From positions 1,038,826-1,070,825 of the forward strand of contig NZ_JAPVBI010000003.1 in assembly GCF_026967925.1 (NCBI RefSeq): 32,000 bases of DNA, in the 5' to 3' direction. Numbering within the stretch: the first letter of the stretch is position 1; the number at the start of each line of letters is the position of its first letter. A program made the translations under genes and the position numbers. A model generated the notes under the pieces. The model had not been told where the DNA came from. It saw only the letters and a program-made list of their open reading frames with translations, and did not search any database. This DNA comes from Modestobacter sp. VKM Ac-2985 (lineage in GTDB: Bacteria > Actinomycetota > Actinomycetes > Mycobacteriales > Geodermatophilaceae). This document shows positions 26,801 through 32,000 of the stretch, one piece after another.

Positions 26801-27555
26801 GAAATGGCGCTGAGCCCGGTGTCTAGGTCGACGTAGGACGCCTGCCCTGTGTACGAGGTGAAGTACGTGGTCACCAACGCGGTCGCCAGCTGCTGACGCG
26901 CGGGCGCCCCGGGCGCGGCGGCGCGGGCTGACTCGTAAGTCTCCCGGGTCCACGTGCCCGACCCAAGGACAACTGCCCACGGGTCGTCCTCTCCCCCACC
27001 TGCGTTCCCGTTGAGCCCGGCGAAGAACTTGTCGTCGCCGACGTCGGCGCGGTAGCGCTCCGCGTCGATCAGCAACGCGTCGGACTGATGAATGGCTGGC
27101 AACGGCGCACCCGGGTGCAACTCGCGAATCTGGCGTAGGTACCCGTCGAAGAGAGCCTGCTCCATCGACTCGGCACCAAGCAGGTGGAAGACCAGCGGCA
27201 AGATCTTCTTGTCCTGCAGCTCGGGGTCGTGCTTTGCCACGATCGGCTGCAGCTCGGCCTTTGCCCGCGCGGCTGGTTCGTTGCGCAGCAGGGCATGCAG
27301 CACAGCCATGAAGTGGCTCTTGCCCGACCCAAAGGAGCCGGCCAGGAACGCGCCGCGGCTGACGCCTGTATCGAGCGCTCCAGCCACACGCGAAAGGGCA
27401 GAGTCGAAGGCATCGGCGAGGGCAGGGGTGACGACGTACTCGTCCAGGGTCCGGGCCACCTGTGAGCCACCGACGCTGTCGGTGAGCCGGAGGACGTAGT
27501 CCTCGCTACCAGAGCGCTCCGGGATGATCAGGACGTCGCGAAGTAGTGCGGTCAT
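23848..27555 (-). CDS. pglY: BREX P-loop ATPase PglY (BrxC/PglY family)
   Basis: Track ORF, 1235 aa. Walker [10 protein letters not shown] (27313-27339) near the N-terminus; VVLFLDELV Walker B-like segment. Its size and its position between pglX and pglZ fit PglY. Confidence 0.88.
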
Positions 27556-27628
27556 CGGCGAAACTCCCCCATGGCGCGCAGGCTACTGTGCGGGTTGGTT
27601 CGGCCGGCGCAGCCGAAGATGGTGTGGG

Positions 27629-30600
27629 TCATGAGGCACTGCCGCGGGGCCTGCGGCCTCGAGCGGCCGGCTCAGGACGCCATGCTGCGAGCTCGTCGAG
27701 GGTCTTACCCACCTGACTGGCTCGTGCGGTGAGCTGCTCGCGACAGAAACCTGCCAGGCTGACGCCGAAAGCGGGGTCAACGTCGGCATGCCATTGCTCG
27801 ACCCAGGGCTGCAGCTCGGCCAACCCAGCGACCAGCGGCACGAGACGGGAGTCGTCCCAGCCGTCGGCCTCACGGGCGCCGACGACTACCGACAGCGCCA
27901 GGGACTGCTGCGCGTGGTCCCAACCGGCCCACCCAAGCAGCACAGTCGGATCGGTCTCGCGACCGGCGTCCGGATAGAGGATGAACCTCTCCTTCGGGAC
28001 GTCGAGCTTCCCGCGCGCCTGCCAGTAGGACACCTTCCGAAAGTCCGCAGGGGCGTACTTGGGCGGCACCGAGATCGACTGGTCCCACCGCCGTTCAGCG
28101 TCTTCACGGCGCTGCAGCGCCCAGGTTTGCTCCCACGCTTCCCGCTTACGCAGGCCGGAGTCCTTATACCGAAAGGCAGCCAGGTACGGCACAGCCTCAT
28201 CGGCCAGGAGCTTCGACAGTGACTGCACCACCGGAACGTCAGGGCGCCCCTCCCACAACGCCAATACGCTAACCATGTCCTCGTCCCGGGCGACCTCATC
28301 AGCGAGCTGCGCCACGCTCCGCGGCGCCGGCCGGCCCTGCCGATCGAACCAGTACTCCCGGCCCTCCAGCCGGTCGAGTAGCCAGTCACGCAACGCAGCA
28401 GCCTGCCGCTTCTCCCACGACTCGGACGCCCACCGCCGCTTGTACTCCGGTTTCTCCAGCAGGCGAATGGCCGGGTCGCTCATGATCAGGTCGAGGCGGC
28501 GCTGCACCAGCTCGCGATACCGGGCAGGCCAGTGCATTGGAATTTCGGTGATCGGCGCGGCGCCGTGCCGGCTGAACCAAGCTGTCTTTTCCTCGCCGCG
28601 CTGCACCCTTCGAGCGAGGGCTATCTCGAAAGCCCGCTCGCCCAACGCCAGCCCGGGCAGATCCTCATCGAGGCACGTCAGATCCTCATCGATCAGCCCG
28701 TAAAGCCCGTAGACTTCCCAATCCAACTCTTCCTGAAGCGAGATCATCCGCTCACGCCTCAGCTTCGCCTGCGCGGCAACAGCCAACATGCGCTCACTCA
28801 AAGATGGCCCATGTTCGACCAGAAGCTCAGATATGGTGCGGTCCGCCTCGGTCCCGAGGGAATCCAAGCGATGCGCCCTCGAGAGCGGCAGGGCCGCCGG
28901 CAGCGGGACGTCCGCGATATTCGCACCATTAAATGCGTATCGGGGCTCCCACGCTTCATCTCCGATGCCTCCGCCGATTCCGCCATTCCCCTTGCTGAAA
29001 CACACCTGCTTAAGCCAGAAACAGGCCGTGGAAGAATTCAAGACTCCCAGAAGAGCCAAATGCTCGTCTTCTGAAGCATCTGCGCGAAGCTTGATAACAG
29101 GGGCCGTCTGCTTGAAGACGCGTTCGCCACGGTCTAACGCGAAGTGGTTGTGCGTGGCCACCTCGGCGAACGTGATAGATAGCGGCTTTGAGTACCGCTC
29201 AGCAACCCACCGATACCACCCCCACCAAGGGGCGCCAGACGAGGCCTTCGTCTCGCCACCGAACCCAGTAGTACTAGCCAAGATCGTCCGGTTGCGCCAT
29301 TGCCGACGTGCCCACCGGGCAGAGGTGTCGAGCGGTAGCAAATTCGCCTTAGCGTCATAAGGAGTCAGCGCATAGTCCCCCACTCCGACACCCCAGTCCC
29401 TGACGACCTCTCCGGTAATCACCGGGCGCCGCATCGAAAGAGGCACCCCGTCTCGACGCAACGCCGCCTGCGGGGCGAAGAAACAGTCGTCGGCACCAGG
29501 GAAACTGGCGAATCCGATCTTTCCGGCTATCACATCGCCGAGCGTCCCAGCACCCGCCGCTTCGACCTGCTCAACAAGCTGGGTTGCCCCACCACCGGAC
29601 AGGCTCCAAGGATGTCTCGATAGCGACTCCCGTGTTAGGTCGGTTACCGAAATCCAATCGTCGTCCCAACCTGCCTGATCGACGTGATCAACGACAGTTC
29701 GCCAAACGACCCCGTTGGCGGCATCCTCGGGACGCCCGGGCTCGCCCCGAACTCCCAGCACGGCACGGACCGTCGAGCCTACCGGTCGCTGATTTCGGCC
29801 GACGAGAATAGCGGTGGGTGTGCCATGACCGGGGATGTAGGCGCCAGATATGTCAGCAACCAGTCGAAGGTCCCTAGTTACCAGAAAGTTCTCGATCAAC
29901 CTACTACCGAACTCACGCTTCATGAACGAGTTCGACGTTATCTGCCCTGTCCAGCCTGCCGCCTGACTGTCGCGGCCTTCCCTAGCCAAGCGATAAAAGC
30001 GTTCCATAAACGGAACCGTCATCGCGTACGTACCTTTGCACGTGCGCGGATAGCGCTCGCGGTACTCCCGGTTGAGCTCCTTGTCTTTGACGGTGATGTA
30101 CGGCGGGTTGCCGACCACCACGTCATAGGTGTCGTCCGCGAGGATTGCTCGCAGGACGGCCAGGTCCTCGGTGGCGTAGGTGAAGCCGGATAGGTCGGCG
30201 TCTTCCTGCAGGGTCTGCTGACCTGCCCCGTGGAGCAGGGAGTCGCCAACCGCAAGGTGAAAGCCAAATCCAGGGGCGTCCTCCAACGACCGCAGTCCGG
30301 ACGCCTGGAGCGCCGCCACGGTCAGCCGGAAGCGAGCGATTGCGACCGCGAATGGGTTAAGGTCGACCCCGTGAATGGCGTCCAGCGCTGCCTGCACTAG
30401 CGCCTGGCGCTCCATACCGGGCGCGTGACGTTGCCAGCGGTCCAGCAGCCGGTCGAAGGCCCCGAGCAAGAAGTGCCCAGAGCCGCAGGTCGGGTCGATC
30501 AGTCGAAACCCCTTTAGCGGTCGCTCAGCGAGTGCCGGCTCCAAGGTCTGGTCGAGGATAAACTCCTCGACGAACTCTGGGGTTTGCAGTAGCGCGAACG

Positions 30601-31198
30601 TCGCCTTCGCATGCTCGGACAGGTCCTGATAGAGGTCGCCCAGAAAGCGGGTGTCCAGCTCCGTGTCGGTGAAGTCATGGGTGAGCGCGCCGTCGTCACC
30701 CCGCTCGCGCCAGAAGGCGACCAGCGCGCCCGCGGCATCGCCTGACGGCTGGACCAAGTGCAGAGCAGCATGCTGGTCGACCAGTGCAGTGGTTGCCTTG
30801 AGGCTGGCCAGGTGATCGACGGCCTGCAACAGCCAGTCGCGAGCCGTGACATCCGCGCCCCCCTGGCTTTGCTCTCGGTAGAAGGCCAGCTCGGCGTCCA
30901 GCGCCTCCTGCCGGCGCTCGGCCGGTCCAACGAGCCACACCGGCTCGACCAGGCGGTTGTCCTCACAGAAGCGAACGAAGACCGTCGTCAGCACCCACGC
31001 GACGGCGGCCTGCGTCACTCGGTCGTCCCGCCACGCCTGCCAGGCGGATGCGGTGCGACGTCGTGAGATCGCCTCACGGTGCCCTGCCTGCCACGACTGG
31101 CGCGTGGACTCGTCCTGCTCCACGCGCGCCCGGAGATCGTCCTCCAACCGCAGTACCTGCTTCTGCAGGGCGGCGGTCAGGCTCTTTGGTGCACTCAC
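27629..31198 (-). CDS. pglX: BREX N6-adenine DNA methyltransferase PglX
   Basis: Track ORF 27629..31456. I prefer the GTG at 31198 (VSAPKSLTAALQKQVLRLEDDLR...), preceded by CAGGAG with a 6-nt spacer; this gives 1189 aa. AdoMet motif I: LIDPTCGSGHFLLGAF (about 30472-30497). Catalytic motif IV: VVGNPPYI (NPPY at 30098-30109). Confidence 0.9.
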   Translation of the reverse strand: MSAPKSLTAALQKQVLRLEDDLRARVEQDESTRQSWQAGHREAISRRRTASAWQAWRDDRVTQAAVAWVLTTVFVRFCEDNRLVEPVWLVGPAERRQEALDAELAFYREQSQGGADVTARDWLLQAVDHLASLKATTALVDQHAALHLVQPSGDAAGALVAFWRERGDDGALTHDFTDTELDTRFLGDLYQDLSEHAKATFALLQTPEFVEEFILDQTLEPALAERPLKGFRLIDPTCGSGHFLLGAFDRLLDRWQRHAPGMERQALVQAALDAIHGVDLNPFAVAIARFRLTVAALQASGLRSLEDAPGFGFHLAVGDSLLHGAGQQTLQEDADLSGFTYATEDLAVLRAILADDTYDVVVGNPPYITVKDKELNREYRERYPRTCKGTYAMTVPFMERFYRLAREGRDSQAAGWTGQITSNSFMKREFGSRLIENFLVTRDLRLVADISGAYIPGHGTPTAILVGRNQRPVGSTVRAVLGVRGEPGRPEDAANGVVWRTVVDHVDQAGWDDDWISVTDLTRESLSRHPWSLSGGGATQLVEQVEAAGAGTLGDVIAGKIGFASFPGADDCFFAPQAALRRDGVPLSMRRPVITGEVVRDWGVGVGDYALTPYDAKANLLPLDTSARWARRQWRNRTILASTTGFGGETKASSGAPWWGWYRWVAERYSKPLSITFAEVATHNHFALDRGERVFKQTAPVIKLRADASEDEHLALLGVLNSSTACFWLKQVCFSKGNGGIGGGIGDEAWEPRYAFNGANIADVPLPAALPLSRAHRLDSLGTEADRTISELLVEHGPSLSERMLAVAAQAKLRRERMISLQEELDWEVYGLYGLIDEDLTCLDEDLPGLALGERAFEIALARRVQRGEEKTAWFSRHGAAPITEIPMHWPARYRELVQRRLDLIMSDPAIRLLEKPEYKRRWASESWEKRQAAALRDWLLDRLEGREYWFDRQGRPAPRSVAQLADEVARDEDMVSVLALWEGRPDVPVVQSLSKLLADEAVPYLAAFRYKDSGLRKREAWEQTWALQRREDAERRWDQSISVPPKYAPADFRKVSYWQARGKLDVPKERFILYPDAGRETDPTVLLGWAGWDHAQQSLALSVVVGAREADGWDDSRLVPLVAGLAELQPWVEQWHADVDPAFGVSLAGFCREQLTARASQVGKTLDELAAWRPEPAARGRRPRGSAS

Positions 31199-31213
31199 GT
31201 CAAACTCCTGGGT

Positions 31214-31227
31214 TGAGCGTTCGCTCA
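31214..31227. promoter_or_regulatory. Small palindrome immediately upstream of the pglX start
   Basis: TGAGCG-TT-CGCTCA, 16 nt upstream (minus sense) of the GTG at 31198 and adjacent to the RBS. It may be an operator or a translational hairpin. The evidence is weak. Confidence 0.2.
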
Positions 31228-31310
31228 GCGCCCGTCGGCACTCGCACCGAGAGCAGCCTTGTTGATGGGCTAGGCGGACAGAGCCGCCGGGGCAACAGAC
31301 CGGATGACAC

Positions 31311-32000
31311 TCACGCCTGAGCGAACAGCGGTTCGGACGGGCCGAAGGCGACGGGAGGCGGTCCGAAGGCCCGTCGAGCGGCAGAGATGGTCGCTCGACC
31401 AAGGAGGGCGTTGCCGCCACCACCGATGGCCGCACCGATACCGAACGGCAGCTCACGCCCGAGCACCAAGATGCCCTGCTTCGTCCCGTACTTCGTCATG
31501 AACTGTCGGCCGAGGACTCGGTTGATCGCATCGATGCTCGTCATGGGGATGGCTTTCACGAGATTCCGTGCCCAGTAGGGGCCACTGCGCCCTGCCGCCT
31601 TCTGCACGAAGCTCGAGCCACTATTGCCGAGGAGAACCGCGATCACCAGCGTGCGACGTCGCTCGAGCTCGTCGACTCGCACGCCATGCACCTCGGCGAC
31701 GGCCAAGGCGAAAACCGCGCTCGCCTCAATGAAGGTGGCCACCTCAGCCAGATTGACCGCCAGGCCAATCGCCGTTCCTGCTCCAGGCACGGCCGCAGCC
31801 GCTCCGGCCCCGAAGCCCAGCGTCGCCACGGCCGCCAGATACTGCCGCTCAAGCGAGCCGATAATCTCCGCCGGCCCGGCGTCCGGTCGGCCGCGGCGGG
31901 CACGCGTCAGGTACGCATCGACCATGCCGTGGTTGACCTGAAGCGCCCTGTCCAAGGCTCCAGTCAACGCCTGCCGGACAGGCTCCATCGAACCGGCCAT
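31311..32000 (-). CDS. Hypothetical Gly/Ala-rich, probably membrane-associated protein (possibly extends beyond the window)
   Basis: Track ORF, 229 aa. Its ATG lies exactly at the window edge, so the true start may be upstream. It has hydrophobic/glycine-zipper-like stretches (GFGAGAAAAVPGAGTAIGLAVNLAEVATFIEASAVFALAVA; FGIGAAIGGGGNALLG). It is not a kinase, so it is not PglW. The family is uncertain (EcsC-like is a guess). Confidence 0.6.
   Translation of the reverse strand: MAGSMEPVRQALTGALDRALQVNHGMVDAYLTRARRGRPDAGPAEIIGSLERQYLAAVATLGFGAGAAAAVPGAGTAIGLAVNLAEVATFIEASAVFALAVAEVHGVRVDELERRRTLVIAVLLGNSGSSFVQKAAGRSGPYWARNLVKAIPMTSIDAINRVLGRQFMTKYGTKQGILVLGRELPFGIGAAIGGGGNALLGRATISAARRAFGPPPVAFGPSEPLFAQA

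Noticed and set aside
30858-30863. C6 (coding-strand G6) homopolymer in the 5' part of pglX as a possible phase-variation switch, by analogy with the G tract reported in Streptomyces coelicolor pglX
   Set aside because: It is only 6 nt, the longest homopolymer I found in pglX, and the gene is in frame. That is too short to argue for slipped-strand switching without population sequencing data.

Overview
High-GC actinobacterial-type chromosomal window that reads as a conflict/defence island; hand-counted 60-nt lines in the left half are about 72% GC. Left to right:

- **1-1559 (minus):** the 5' part of a membrane GGDEF-EAL signalling gene. It runs off the left edge.
- **1782-5920 (plus):** a tightly coupled four-gene cassette. 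It encodes a tail-anchored Hanks-type Ser/Thr kinase, a 45-aa micro membrane protein missed by the ORF track, a Zn-ribbon TRAFAC-type GTPase and a 564-aa GAP1-like protein. I consider this the best candidate for an uncharacterised system.
- **6104-6681:** an RHH/Doc toxin-antitoxin pair.
- **6952-9774:** a secreted staphylococcal-type nuclease, divergent from a membrane protein plus a 54-aa micro-ORF.
- **9915 to about 11880:** the N-terminal ~655 codons of a transglutaminase-like/DUF4011 giant-helicase gene. Homology stops where it abuts a phage portal fragment.
- **About 11880-16252:** a decayed prophage remnant (portal, TerL, TerS, DUF6221-like and HTH genes, several frameshifted or deleted). 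It carries intact opposite-strand cargo genes.
- **16253-17515:** an IS3-family element.
- **31198 down to 17602 (minus):** a complete-looking BREX type 2 (Pgl-like) operon, pglX-pglY-pglZ-brxD-brxHI. No pglW is present in the window.

I saw no rRNA, tRNA or CRISPR array. Many long ORFs in the supplied track are antisense or off-frame shadows typical of high-GC DNA. All homology statements come from motif recognition by eye, not from database searches.
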